Part shown: in pieces, positions 37,100-47,106 of the stretch
Numbering within the stretch: the stretch's first letter is position 1
Layout: every line of letters starts with the position of its first letter
DNA from: Candidatus Parcubacteria bacterium
GTDB taxonomy: Bacteria > Patescibacteriota > Minisyncoccia > JACPXH01
DNA length: 64,000 bases
NCBI GenBank assembly: GCA_016196625.1
Contig: JACPXH010000013.1
Coordinates: forward strand, 4,516 to 68,515
Reading direction: 5' to 3'
Made by a program: the position numbers and the translations under genes
Notes under the pieces: model-generated
What the model was told of the DNA's origin: nothing
The model's database searches: none
What the model saw: the letters and a program-made list of their open reading frames with translations, nothing else

Positions 37100-37522
37100 T
37101 CACGGGAGAGCCGCGAGGACCTTTTCCACCACCTTGCGATGGTTCGGAAAAAAATCCTGCTTGGCGAGGATGTCCCGGGGCTTGAACACCCCGATTTCCT
37201 CGCTCTCGTCTCCCTCGGACTTCATCTGCGGGAGGGCCGTGAGGTTTGCCCGAAAGATGGTGAGGATGTGGCTGCCCTTGTCCTCGGAGTGGACGACTGC
37301 GAGGTCATTCTCCGACAAGGACACACCAATCTCCTCTTCCAACTCCCGAATGGCGCAACCCCGGGCCGTTTCCGTTGCTTCGCCCCTACCGCCGGGCAAC
37401 TTCCAGAAAACTGGTGCCGGCTTTTTGGGGTCCCGAATGAGCGGGATGCCCTGGGGCGTGACGAGGAGAACTGCAACTGCGTGTCCTTTTTTTGGTGCTG
37501 TTTTCGAGAACGTAGATTTTAT
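37100..37522 (-). pseudogene. NUDIX hydrolase lacking a canonical start codon
   Basis: WKLPGGRGEATETARGCAIRELEEEIG Nudix box; frame extends to ATA at 37522, preceded by TAA inside the duplicated block. Confidence 0.75.
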
Positions 37523-37613
37523 TTAATCTGTAAGCCGAGCAGATTCTCGATCTGGTTTCTGATTTTCTGTTTGCCAAATTATACTACGATCGTAGTATAA
37601 TGCGTAAGCGTTT
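37518..37613 (+). repeat. Duplicate of 18906-19001 with perfect family B palindrome copy 4 (37578-37601)
   Basis: ATTATACTACGATCGTAGTATAAT, preceded by the last codons of the PaaX-like gene (TTATTTAATCTGTAA). Confidence 0.92.
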
Positions 37614-37632
37614 TGGGGCCGTAAGATTTTAT

Positions 37633-37772
37633 CCGTTTCTCAGAAAACCGTGGGCGTGAACCCACAGTTGAATGCGGAGCGGATATCATGAGTAAATATC
37701 AAAGGGCATGCCTTCGGAATGCTGCGGCGGATTCCGCCGAGGATACCACGGGCGTAAGCCCGTGGAGCTTCA
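37633..37772. mobile_element. Non-autonomous IS200/IS605-like element
   Basis: CAGAAAACCGTGGGCGTGAACCCACAGTTGAATGCG ... CCACGGGCGTAAGCCCGTGGAGCTTCA. Confidence 0.6.
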
Positions 37773-37800
37773 CTTTATCGCCGGCCGAGGTTACTTTCTT

Positions 37801-38697
37801 TCATTTGTAGTACACGCGGTTTTCTATTCTCGCGTCTACGTATTCTTGAATTTTGCTAAAGTCGCCCCTGATCTCTTGTTTGAAAAACCGGCCGAGGTTG
37901 GCTAGTTGCCGGCCGAAGAGTTCTCCGCGCGGAACGATAATGCGGATTCCACTGGGTCCGTAACCAACGAAACTGTCTGCAAGCTCGGGCACCACCGCAA
38001 AGGCGGCGACGGGAAACCCAAACTCTTGCGGCGCGGCAGCGTTGATCGAGAGTAGTTCGTGGATCAGCTGTTGGTCTGCGACCGGTTTGCCCAACTGCCA
38101 CGTTTGCCCCCGGTAATCTTTGGCGACCACTACGAGCGCTCCTTGGGAGGCGAGCGCCGGCCGGAACGCGATGCCCTCTTGGTCAACCGAAGCGCACGCG
38201 GCAATGTCCTCTGTGCCCGTTGCCGGAAGCGCGAGTGCGGCCGTGGTGGTGGCTGTTGGTTCGGCTGGCGGGATGGGCGGGCGCTGTGCCCGGCACCATA
38301 GCAGCGCCTGCGTACGTTCCGTAAGTGTGAGGATGCGCGTGTGGGGGAAGAGTGTGGTGAAGGCGGCAGAGGCAATTTCGGGAAATTGATTTTTTAGGGC
38401 CGCCTCGGCGTTTCGAGGCCTCGGCCATAAAAGCGATAAGAAGAAGTTTCGGTTTGAAAAACCGAACTTCCGCTGGGAGTACAGCTCTCCAAAAGCGTGC
38501 TGGACAAGCGTGCGGTCGAGGTTTCGGGTGCCGGCCACGGTAAATTCTTGAAGCTCAAAAGTCTTTGCGCGCAGAAGCCACACGCTAACGCCGGCGAGCG
38601 CGATCAGGGCGGCGAGCGCCCCGGCCAGCCACCGCCCAAAACGGGATTTTTTTGTGGCACCGCGCACCATTCCCGCTACTCTTGACTTATTGACCAC
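37801..38697 (-). CDS. FtsQ/DivIB-like cell-division protein
   Basis: N-terminal TM, POTRA-like region, FP.....L.ER, C-terminal YVDAR..NRVYYK. Confidence 0.7.
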   Translation of the reverse strand: MVNKSRVAGMVRGATKKSRFGRWLAGALAALIALAGVSVWLLRAKTFELQEFTVAGTRNLDRTLVQHAFGELYSQRKFGFSNRNFFLSLLWPRPRNAEAALKNQFPEIASAAFTTLFPHTRILTLTERTQALLWCRAQRPPIPPAEPTATTTAALALPATGTEDIAACASVDQEGIAFRPALASQGALVVVAKDYRGQTWQLGKPVADQQLIHELLSINAAAPQEFGFPVAAFAVVPELADSFVGYGPSGIRIIVPRGELFGRQLANLGRFFKQEIRGDFSKIQEYVDARIENRVYYK

Positions 38698-38776
38698 AAG
38701 GAGTTATACTTTGATGGTGTAATGGGAGCGACATGAGCGACGGCAGACACGCTTTTCGCAAAGGAAGGAGGAGGAT

Positions 38777-39229
38777 ATGCCGACGCGGAGAGGACGAAGG
38801 GTACTCTGTTCCATTCAGCCGAGACAGGGAGCTGTTTCTACGGAGGCGTTCGAGCTTGTTCGCGAGGGGGCGGGCGAACTCTTGAACGCCCTCGGCATTG
38901 CTCCGCTGCGCAACGGTCGAGAGCGCGTGCACGCGGTTCTGTGTGACCCTGGCCGCACCATGGTGTTTGTCCACGTTTGGAACGTGGACGTGGGGGCGCT
39001 TCGACCGGCGGTGGTTGCCCAGAAACTGGAGGGCACGCCGTTCCAAGAGATATCCTCTTTGGACGGGGGATATTCTCGCCGCTTCAGCTGGCAGGCGGGG
39101 CCATGGACTTTGAAGTTCATCTTGTGGCCCTCGCTTGCACCCGACGACCTCAACTTCTCGCCGAAATACGATGCGCGTTGGGGCATCTTCTGGATCGGTC
39201 AGGAAGTGCCGGCCCCGGCCGCTCGCTAG
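38777..39229 (+). CDS. Hypothetical protein
   Basis: AGGAGGAGG Shine-Dalgarno; TTGACT-17-TATACT at 38682-38710. Confidence 0.6.
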   Translation: MPTRRGRRVLCSIQPRQGAVSTEAFELVREGAGELLNALGIAPLRNGRERVHAVLCDPGRTMVFVHVWNVDVGALRPAVVAQKLEGTPFQEISSLDGGYSRRFSWQAGPWTLKFILWPSLAPDDLNFSPKYDARWGIFWIGQEVPAPAAR

Positions 39230-40545
39230 GCTTCGGAGTTATGGGCCCTGCGCAGACCACGCGCCGGGCTCTTCTTTTTCGCAGTGCGCTTGCGCGGGAT
39301 TACACTGAAACCAAGGTAAGGCTGGAGCGCTTTTGGCATTGCCACTGACCCGTCTTTTTTCTGAAAGTTTTCTAAAATCGCAATGATGGCCCGCGAGGTG
39401 GCGATGGCGGTACCGTTCAAAGTGTGTACATAGCCTGTTTCACCGCTGGCTTTCCGATATTTGATGCCGAGACGCCGGGCCTGATAGTCGGTCGTATTCG
39501 AGGTTGAGGTAACCTCGCCCCAATCGTTTCGTCCGGGCATCCAGGCTTCAAGATCAAACTTTCGAGCCGCCTGGGCCCCCAAGTCCCCGGTACACATTTC
39601 CACCACGCGGTATGGGATGCCCAGTCCCTGCCAGAGCGCTTCTTCAAGCGCAAGCAACTCCGCGTGCAATTTGGGCGAATCTTCCGGTTTGATGTACACA
39701 AACATTTCCACCTTTGTGAATTGGTGCAGGCGATAGAGGCCCTTTGAGTACCGGCCGTAGCCGCCGGCCTCTTGCCGGAAACAGTGCGAGTAGCCGGCAT
39801 AACGTTTGGGCAGGGAGTCTTCGGGCAAGATTTCATCAGCATGGATGCCGGCCAGCGTAACTTCGGCGGTGGCAATCAAGCCAAGATTGGAATTTTCAAT
39901 AACGTACGTCTGCGCTTCCGGCCCCCGCGGCAGATAGCCGGTCCCAAGGTAGAACCGGTCGCGAGCAAGATCGGGGGTAAGCCAAAGCGCAAAGCCCTTT
40001 TTGGCAAGAAAATCGAGGGCATAGCGCACGAGCGCCAGTTCAAGTAGGATGCCTTCATTCTTGAGATAGCAGAAATCAGCGCCCGCAACTTTACTACCGG
40101 CCTCGAAGTCAAGAATACCGAGCGCGGTTCCGAGCTCAAGATGATCTTTCGGCTGGAAGAGGAACGTCGGTTTCTTCCCCACCTCGCGCAGCGCTTGGTT
40201 TTGCGATTCGTCTTTCCCGACCGGCACGGTTTCTTGGGGCAGGTTCGGTAAAGTAAGCAGTATCTCCTCCACCGCTTTGGCCGCGGCCGCAAGCCCTTTT
40301 TCTTTTTCTGCCAAGAGACCGCTCAAGCGTTTCGCTTCGGTAAGTAGCGTCTCGTCTTTCCCCAGCCGGCTGATTTCTGTGGAAACTTTGTTTTTGCCGT
40401 GTCGCAACTCTTCAACTTCCTTGATGAGCTGACGATGCCCGGCATCAGTTTTGAGAAATTTGTCGGTATCGAACGCAAAGCCTTTCTTTTTCAGGCCAGC
40501 TTTCACGTAATCTGGCTGTTTGCGGATAAGGTGGATGTCGAGCAT
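39226..40545 (-). CDS. serS: Seryl-tRNA synthetase
   Basis: MLDIHLIR, LPN.P..VP.G, TAEV, FRQEAG, RLHQFTKVE, HTLNGT. Confidence 0.97.
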   Translation of the reverse strand: MLDIHLIRKQPDYVKAGLKKKGFAFDTDKFLKTDAGHRQLIKEVEELRHGKNKVSTEISRLGKDETLLTEAKRLSGLLAEKEKGLAAAAKAVEEILLTLPNLPQETVPVGKDESQNQALREVGKKPTFLFQPKDHLELGTALGILDFEAGSKVAGADFCYLKNEGILLELALVRYALDFLAKKGFALWLTPDLARDRFYLGTGYLPRGPEAQTYVIENSNLGLIATAEVTLAGIHADEILPEDSLPKRYAGYSHCFRQEAGGYGRYSKGLYRLHQFTKVEMFVYIKPEDSPKLHAELLALEEALWQGLGIPYRVVEMCTGDLGAQAARKFDLEAWMPGRNDWGEVTSTSNTTDYQARRLGIKYRKASGETGYVHTLNGTAIATSRAIIAILENFQKKDGSVAMPKALQPYLGFSVIPRKRTAKKKSPARGLRRAHNSEA

Positions 40546-40598
40546 ACGTGAGGAATATAGAATCTCGAATTATGAATCACGAATAACGGCTTAAATTC

Positions 40599-40728
40599 TT
40601 ACCCAACGCACCAGAAGGCCATCGGCTCCTGCCGGTAGATGAATGGTTGGTGCGTAGGCCTTCGGTGCGGGGTTCCGCCCCGCCACCGAAGTACGAGGTG
40701 CCGCCGACTCCAGTCGGCGGGGCTCCAC
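40599..40728. repeat. Intergenic 130-bp hairpin-rich repeat (other copy at 14005-14161)
   Basis: TTCGGTG...CACCGAA and CCGCCGAC...GTCGGCGG stems; near-identical to the helicase 3' end. Confidence 0.9.
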
Positions 40729-40763
40729 TCCGCGATTTCATGGTTAGTCTTCGTGGTAATTCG

Positions 40764-40793
40764 CCATTCTAATGTATTAATACATTAGAATGG
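40764..40793. repeat. Perfect 30-bp palindrome, family A copy 3 (orphan)
   Basis: CCATTCTAATGTATTAATACATTAGAATGG. Confidence 0.95.
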
Positions 40794-40806
40794 AAGGATG
40801 GCGTGT

Positions 40807-41808
40807 CTACAGACCGAGTTCGGGAGAGATGCTCCGCATCGCTTCAAGACTCAAGCGCGTTACCGCTTCAAGCGACAGGCCGATCATGTCAGGAGCTTTG
40901 GCAATGATATCGCGGTTGACCCCTTTCGCAAAAGACTTTTCTTTGAACTTTTTGAGCACCGACTCGACCGAAACGTCGGCCAGCTTCTTGGAGGGCTGCA
41001 CTAGCGCGGCGGCGGTAATGAGGCCCGTGAGTTCTTCTACACAAAAGAGTGTTTTTTCAAGCAGCGTCTCTGGCGCAATGCCGTGGTGCCAATTGTGAAC
41101 CTTGATCGCTTTTACAATGTGAGGCGCAAGCCCGGCTTCGGTGAGGATCCGTTCGGCCATGAGCGTGTGCTCGGGAAAATTATCCTTGGTTTTCTCCCAA
41201 TCTACATCATGCAAGAGTCCCGTGAGCGCCCATTCGTCGGCGTTTTCGCCAAAATGTTCGGCCAAACGCCTCATTACCGCCTCGGCCGCGAGGAGGTGTT
41301 TTTTGAGGTTGGGGTTTTGGATGTGTTGGTTAATGATGCTAATTGCTTGCGCTCGGTCCATATCAGCCGGTTTTCTGGTAAGCCGGAGGTACTCTTCGAC
41401 GCCCTTTAACCAGCCCCCGGTGAAGTACTGCTGCGGTCTGAGCGAAGAAAGTGGTACCCATAGAAACTCGGAATGCGTTGACGAGAGTCGCACCTCACCC
41501 TTCGTCCAGTGCGCGGCAAAGCCGATGGCAAAAATTCGGACAGGTTTATGGAGCGAGCGCTCCCGTCGTTCATGGCGCATGAATACAATTGCTTGACCGA
41601 GCGTGTATCGGATTGTGAGACCCAATTCCTCTCGAGCTTTTCGTTCGATGATTTTATTAAGCGGCGTCGCAAATTCATTCGTGCGGATTCTGCCACCCGG
41701 CAGGTCCCAATCTCCGAATACGTCCTTGATGATGAGGAGCGTGTTCTTCCGCCTGAGAAACATTTTCACCGCCACAAAATACAGGTCTTTAGCGGCAAGG
41801 TTCCTCAT
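40807..41808 (-). CDS. NUDIX plus HD-domain (HDIG) hydrolase fusion
   Basis: WDLPGGR...REELG Nudix-like box, then KH.LA.EA.M, GLLHDVD, H, HN; single ORF. Confidence 0.8.
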   Translation of the reverse strand: MRNLAAKDLYFVAVKMFLRRKNTLLIIKDVFGDWDLPGGRIRTNEFATPLNKIIERKAREELGLTIRYTLGQAIVFMRHERRERSLHKPVRIFAIGFAAHWTKGEVRLSSTHSEFLWVPLSSLRPQQYFTGGWLKGVEEYLRLTRKPADMDRAQAISIINQHIQNPNLKKHLLAAEAVMRRLAEHFGENADEWALTGLLHDVDWEKTKDNFPEHTLMAERILTEAGLAPHIVKAIKVHNWHHGIAPETLLEKTLFCVEELTGLITAAALVQPSKKLADVSVESVLKKFKEKSFAKGVNRDIIAKAPDMIGLSLEAVTRLSLEAMRSISPELGL

Positions 41809-43250
41809 TCCCTTGGTTTCATTAGCGGGAAAAGTACGGCCTCGCGCACCGATTTATCCATGAGTACAGCAAAGAGGCGCTCAGAGAACCCAAACCCAGC
41901 TGTCGGCGGCATGCCGTACTCTAAAGCCTCCAAGAAATCCTCATCCAGCATTTGCGCTTCCTTATCACCTGCCTCTCTTAATGCCATTTGGTCCTGAAAA
42001 CGTTTCCGCTGATCATCAGGGTCATTCAATTCGGAAAATCCCTTGCCCAATTCGGTTCCCGCTGCCACAACTTGTAATCTCAGTACTCTCCTCGAATCAT
42101 TCGGGTCACGTTTTGCTAATGGTTCCATTTCTACGGGTGGTCTAACGAGAAATCGTGGCTGAATCAACTTCGGGCGTATAACCTTCTTATAGAGCAAATC
42201 CCACCCCTTTGGAGAATCCGGATCAAGCCCGTATTTTATCAGAGCTTCCTGAACTACTTTTCGGGGCTCCCCCGGCCGAAAACCAAAATTTTCATTAAAC
42301 AAATCGTAAAATTCCACTTCCGACCAGTTTCCGGACCAATCAATTTCTTGATTTTGATAGGTGGCTTTCAGTGTGCCGAGAGTTTCTTTAATTACATATT
42401 GGTACATCTCCTGCACAAATTTCCTTAAATCTTCGTAATCAGCATAAGCCCAGTAAAATTCCATTTGCGTGTAATCCTGCAGGTGTTCCCGATCCATTCC
42501 CTCGTTGCGGAAAATCCGGCCAATCTCAAATACTTTTTCATAGCCGCCAACAATGAGCCGCTTCAAATGGAGCTCCGGCGAAATTCTCAAATATAAATCA
42601 ATATCGAGCGCGTTCAAGTGAGTTACGAAAGGCTCCGCGTCGGCACCGCCAGGAACCTGCTCCAAAACGGGGGTCTCCACTTCCAAAAATCCTTTTTGCA
42701 ATAAAAACTCGCGCGTCGCCTGCCAGAATTTTGCTTTTTTGCGGAAAAGTTCCCGCTCATTGGCGTTCACCACTAAATCAAGGTAGCGCCTGCGTAGGCG
42801 TTCCTCGATGTCGGTAAGTCCGTGCCATTTTTCGGGGAGCGGCCGGAGGGATTTGGTAAGCAGGCGAACTTCGCTTGTCGCCAGGGTCAGCTCACCGGTT
42901 TTGGTGGTGATGGCGGTACCAGTGGCCTCGGCGAAATCGCCGATGTCGAAAAGATCAACAAAATCTTTGACCGTCGGCTGCCGGAGGGTCTCGGGGTTAA
43001 GCAGCAGCTGCAGTTTGCCCGTGCCGTCTTCGAGATCGGCAAAGCAGATCTCACCGTGTTCGCGGACACTCCGGATTCGGCCCGCAATGGTGAGCTTGAC
43101 TTTCCCCGATTCAAATTCCGCAAATCCGGCGCGCACCGCCGCAATGGTATGACTGCGGTCCGTGTGCGCAGGATACGGATCAACGCCGGCTTGGCGCAGG
43201 CGCTGCAGTTTTTCCAGCCTGACTTTTCGCAGTTCTTCAAGGCTTGGCAT
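41805..43250 (-). CDS. lysS: Lysyl-tRNA synthetase (class II)
   Basis: PLPEKWHGL, FLEVETP, LRISPELHLKRLIVGG, FRNEG, YGMPPTAG. Confidence 0.97.
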   Translation of the reverse strand: MPSLEELRKVRLEKLQRLRQAGVDPYPAHTDRSHTIAAVRAGFAEFESGKVKLTIAGRIRSVREHGEICFADLEDGTGKLQLLLNPETLRQPTVKDFVDLFDIGDFAEATGTAITTKTGELTLATSEVRLLTKSLRPLPEKWHGLTDIEERLRRRYLDLVVNANERELFRKKAKFWQATREFLLQKGFLEVETPVLEQVPGGADAEPFVTHLNALDIDLYLRISPELHLKRLIVGGYEKVFEIGRIFRNEGMDREHLQDYTQMEFYWAYADYEDLRKFVQEMYQYVIKETLGTLKATYQNQEIDWSGNWSEVEFYDLFNENFGFRPGEPRKVVQEALIKYGLDPDSPKGWDLLYKKVIRPKLIQPRFLVRPPVEMEPLAKRDPNDSRRVLRLQVVAAGTELGKGFSELNDPDDQRKRFQDQMALREAGDKEAQMLDEDFLEALEYGMPPTAGFGFSERLFAVLMDKSVREAVLFPLMKPRE

Positions 43251-43531
43251 GCCCTTATTGTAACGGAAACAGCCCCCGTGCGACAACACGGGGGCTGTTT
43301 GGCCTACTTGCGCAGACCGTACTGGGTTCTAATCCTCCACGCCGTCTCCTTCAGGGAGACGGCGTGGATCGAACCTACGACGGCAACGCATTCGGCCCCT
43401 CGGAGAATATAGTACGGTACCCTAATTCGCAGCAGGCGCGCACAGAATTCTCGTACGCCGTTGTTCGGGCCAGGAAATGTAACGAGCTGGTAGACCTCCG
43501 CGAGTGGTCGCGTGCCCCCCTCCTGTCTTGA

Positions 43532-43999
43532 TTACGGGATGCTGACGATCTTGTACGTTCGCTCTCCCGCGGGCGCTTGCACGGTGATTTTATCGCCCAC
43601 CTTGTGTCCGAGGAACGCCTTGCCCAGGGGTGATTCGTTGGAGATGCGACCTTCCAAGGGGCGCGCCTCTTCCGAGCCCACGATGGTGTACGTTTCCCTG
43701 ACGCCAGCGGCTTCAATTTCCACGGTTGAGCCGATGACAACCACGCCGCTTTTTTCGCCGTTTTTCTGAATGAGCACGACGTTTTTGGTGAGCAGCTCCA
43801 ATTCCGCGATGCGCTTTTCCAGTTGCTCCTGCGCTTCTTTCGCCTCCATGTATTCGGAGTTTTCGGTGAGATCCCCCAGCGACTTTGCTTCGGCCAGCCG
43901 CGTGGAGATTTCTTGGCGCTTTACGGTTTTAAGCTCCTCGAGTTCGGTTTTGAGTTTGGCGAGTCCTTCAGGACTTAAGTAGGTTGGTTCGTCGCCCAT
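43532..43999 (-). CDS. greA: Transcription elongation factor GreA
   Basis: GDLTENSEY, YTIVGSEEA, ISNESPLG. Confidence 0.97.
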   Translation of the reverse strand: MGDEPTYLSPEGLAKLKTELEELKTVKRQEISTRLAEAKSLGDLTENSEYMEAKEAQEQLEKRIAELELLTKNVVLIQKNGEKSGVVVIGSTVEIEAAGVRETYTIVGSEEARPLEGRISNESPLGKAFLGHKVGDKITVQAPAGERTYKIVSIP

Positions 44000-44186
44000 A
44001 ACGATTCTCGGTTATTGGTTTTAGAGTTTCAGTTTCGAGTTGCCGGTTTAGGTTAGGCGGCGCATTAGCTGAAAACTATCGGAGGTATTGGTGATAAAGA
44101 ATAAGGTTGGGATAATACGCTGTCAAGGGATAACTACTGTTTGTTAAAACTTGAGCGGCGGGAGTTCAATGGAACTCCCGCCGCGC

Positions 44187-44477
44187 TCACACGGTTAGCT
44201 TTGGTTGACCCCTGAGAACTTGATCGAGGCAGCTTTGCAGGCCTGGATCTTGGGTGAGTGAGAATAACTCCCGCCCACTCTGGATCAGACGGACGACGAT
44301 TCCGAGCTGCGTGAGTCGGTCGAGGGCTTCCCGGGTGAGCCGTCGGTCCTCCTGGACCCACCAGTCGGCGATCCCCTCCCAAGTATCCACTGCGTTAGTA
44401 TGACCAAGAAAGAATCTGGCAATCCGTACGTCGAGCAGGCGGCCCTGGAGTGCCTGTGCCAGCGTTGCCGTGTCCAT
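44187..44477 (-). CDS. Small winged-HTH-like hypothetical protein
   Basis: AAGGAGG Shine-Dalgarno; DT.EGIA.WW...ALD.L...GIV. Confidence 0.6.
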   Translation of the reverse strand: MDTATLAQALQGRLLDVRIARFFLGHTNAVDTWEGIADWWVQEDRRLTREALDRLTQLGIVVRLIQSGRELFSLTQDPGLQSCLDQVLRGQPKLTV

Positions 44478-44566
44478 CGTTCCTCCTTCAGGATTTGAGC
44501 GTCCGAGATCCCCAATACAATACCCCGATCACGATCATCGCATCCTCCTTTAGCTGAGGGTTGACA

Positions 44567-44830
44567 TCAATTTACATCCGCCTGTTGCCACCATACCTGA
44601 CAGCCGTAGACCACTTGCCCGTTGTCGAGGACGATCTTCTGGTTGTCTTCGACCACCGCGAGCTCTCCTTCGCACTCGGCTATAAAAGCGGGTGGCGGCA
44701 TTTCCTCGGCGTTGGCCAAACTGGTTAAGCTGCCGTCGGGCCGTATTACGAAGTAAACCGTAACCTGTCCGACGAGCGTGCCAAAACCGAGAAAATTCTT
44801 GCCAGTGCCGTCGAAAACCTGAACTTTCAT
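44567..44830 (-). CDS. Hypothetical protein
   Basis: AAGGAGG Shine-Dalgarno before MKVQVFDG; KI.LD.G..VYGCQVWW. Confidence 0.6.
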   Translation of the reverse strand: MKVQVFDGTGKNFLGFGTLVGQVTVYFVIRPDGSLTSLANAEEMPPPAFIAECEGELAVVEDNQKIVLDNGQVVYGCQVWWQQADVN

Positions 44831-45198
44831 CCAGTTTTCCTCCTTGTTCTCGGTTATTGAGGCGTTTCCGGGTTGAATCGTGCCTTGAAGCGCAACACGC
44901 CGAGGGGTGCTGGCGAGAAAAGCGTCGCGCAGGCCGAGCGGGCACGGTGCCCGCCTAGCTGATAGCTCCCTTCGCGAAGCATCGCCCTCGCTTTGCTCGG
45001 GCGCTCCCACCCACCCTCCATTTCGCTCATGGAGACTACCAGCTAGGCGGGCGAGCGAGGCCGAGCGAGAGTGCGGCCCGCACGCTGGGCGGGACGACAC
45101 GTCTTTTCGAGATAGCCCCCGAAGGTAAGTGTTGCGCTTGAGGGGTTAATTTGCCTGAAAAGAACAGAAGTAAGATTAGCACGTAATATGGTTACTCG

Positions 45199-47106
45199 TT
45201 AAGTGCCACGGAAGTACCGTTCAAAAAACTTTTTTGCGACCGGCACCGCTGCTTGCGAGCCTTCTCCGCCTTCCTCGATGAGGACAGTAAGCACAATCTT
45301 GGGGTGATCAAAGGGGGTAAAGCCGGTGAACCACGCATGCGTCTTGCCGTTGCCGATTTGCGCGGTGCCGGTTTTGCCCGCGACTGCCACGGGCAAATCT
45401 GAAAGTCCTATGCTCGAGCCGGAAAGCACAGCTTCGCGCAGGCCGCGACGGACAATGTCGAGATCGGAGACCGGAATGTTTAAGTCAACGCTTTTCGAGC
45501 TTGCGGCGTCAGCGATCTGTCCGGACGCGTCAAAAACCCCGCGCACCAACGTGGGTTGCACCAGCCTACCGCCGTTGGCAATCGCGGCGGTCGCGCGAGT
45601 CAACTGCAGAGGGGTAAGACGAAAGTCTCCCTGCCCGATGGAGACGTTATAGGTATCCCCTATGTACCACGGCGCGCCGCGCGCTTCAACTTTCCAGTCG
45701 GGCGTTGGTACGAGGCCCGTTGACTCCGGAAGCTCCAAGCCTGCCTTTTGTCCCAGACCAAAGCGCGCCAGGTGCTTGGCGATGCGTTCAATGCCCAGAC
45801 CTTCGATGTCGCCGTAGCCGCCGCCAACGGTGTAGAAGTAGACATTGGAAGAGACGGCTATGGCGCGCACCATATTCACCCAGCCGTGCGGCTTCCAGTC
45901 GTGGAATGTGTAGACAATGGCGGGGTCAGACGGATGGGGTACGGAAATGGAGCCGGTTACGAAGACCTGCCGGCTGGGGCTCAAGATCTTTTCGGCCAAT
46001 GCCCCAATGGCAATGAACGGCTTGATGGTTGACCCCGACGGGTACTGGCCGGAAAGGGCGCGGTTGAAGATCGGCTCGTCCGGATCGTTGAGCACGTCGT
46101 CAATCTCTTCGGCGGTGCCTGTGCCGGGCACAAAGAGATTGCTGTCAAAGGTGGGCAGGCTCACGAGGGCCAGTATTTCGCCCGTGTTGGGATCCATGGC
46201 CACTGCAGCGCCCTTTTTCTTTCCGAGCGCTGCGCTGACGGCCGTAAGAGATTCGGTCAGCTCGGTTTGTAGATCACGCGAGATGCTAAGTTCAACGTTC
46301 TGTCCGGGGCGAGGCTCGCGGATGACCGCATCGGACTGCTCGGTGCGTCTACGGCGCAAACCCGGTTCACCCCGCAGCACTGCATCGTAGGCTTTTTCGA
46401 TTCCCGTTTTGCCTATGAGATCCGCGAGCGCGTAGTCGGGCTGTTCCTGGCGTTCTTCCGCACCCACCCGACCGACGTAGCCAATAATGTGACTCAATAA
46501 TGTGCGATCTGGGTACACCCGCGACAACTCTTGGCCCACCCCAAATCCCGGGAACTCGTCTGTCCGCGTCTCAAAAACTACCGCGGCTTCTTGCGTGAGC
46601 CCGGGCCAGACCACGACCGGCTCGGGCGTCTCATTGGTTTGAGCCTTGAGCACGCGCCGGCGCAACTCGGCCCGGTCAAGCGCAAAAAGTTCGCTTAGGC
46701 GCTCCAGGGTTTTGTCGAGCGCTTGGCCGCGAGGCAATTCGTCAGGTACGACTTCCAGAGTAAAACCGGGGACATTTTGAACCACGGGGTGGCCGTCCCG
46801 GTCGGTGATGATGCCGCGTGGAGCTGGCACCGGCAGGGTCTGGACGGTATGGCGCAAGGCGAGAGCCCGATAGCGACTGCCCTCCAGCACCTCGTACCGA
46901 AACGCAAACAACCAAAACAGCACGAGCATACCCGCGCCCGCGATGAACGACGCGCGCGCGGTTCTGAGTCTCACCACTCCCTCAAGGCGGTCATGGCCCC
47001 CGGTTTTCTGGGCCTCAAGGTCAGCGATGACATCTTCAACGGTGATGCCGGTTTGCGCTTGGCCGAGTCGCAGCTCGGTGTGCGGTTCAAACGGCAGGAA
47101 ATCCAT
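45199..47106 (-). CDS. mrdA: Penicillin-binding protein 2
   Basis: APRG.I.DR, GSTIK (SxxK), SSN, KTGT. Confidence 0.95.
   Translation of the reverse strand: MDFLPFEPHTELRLGQAQTGITVEDVIADLEAQKTGGHDRLEGVVRLRTARASFIAGAGMLVLFWLFAFRYEVLEGSRYRALALRHTVQTLPVPAPRGIITDRDGHPVVQNVPGFTLEVVPDELPRGQALDKTLERLSELFALDRAELRRRVLKAQTNETPEPVVVWPGLTQEAAVVFETRTDEFPGFGVGQELSRVYPDRTLLSHIIGYVGRVGAEERQEQPDYALADLIGKTGIEKAYDAVLRGEPGLRRRRTEQSDAVIREPRPGQNVELSISRDLQTELTESLTAVSAALGKKKGAAVAMDPNTGEILALVSLPTFDSNLFVPGTGTAEEIDDVLNDPDEPIFNRALSGQYPSGSTIKPFIAIGALAEKILSPSRQVFVTGSISVPHPSDPAIVYTFHDWKPHGWVNMVRAIAVSSNVYFYTVGGGYGDIEGLGIERIAKHLARFGLGQKAGLELPESTGLVPTPDWKVEARGAPWYIGDTYNVSIGQGDFRLTPLQLTRATAAIANGGRLVQPTLVRGVFDASGQIADAASSKSVDLNIPVSDLDIVRRGLREAVLSGSSIGLSDLPVAVAGKTGTAQIGNGKTHAWFTGFTPFDHPKIVLTVLIEEGGEGSQAAVPVAKKFFERYFRGT

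Noticed and set aside
43304-43513. Possible small minus-strand ORF between greA and lysS with a Shine-Dalgarno followed by ACG
   Set aside because: No canonical start codon and no recognisable motif, so it cannot be supported.
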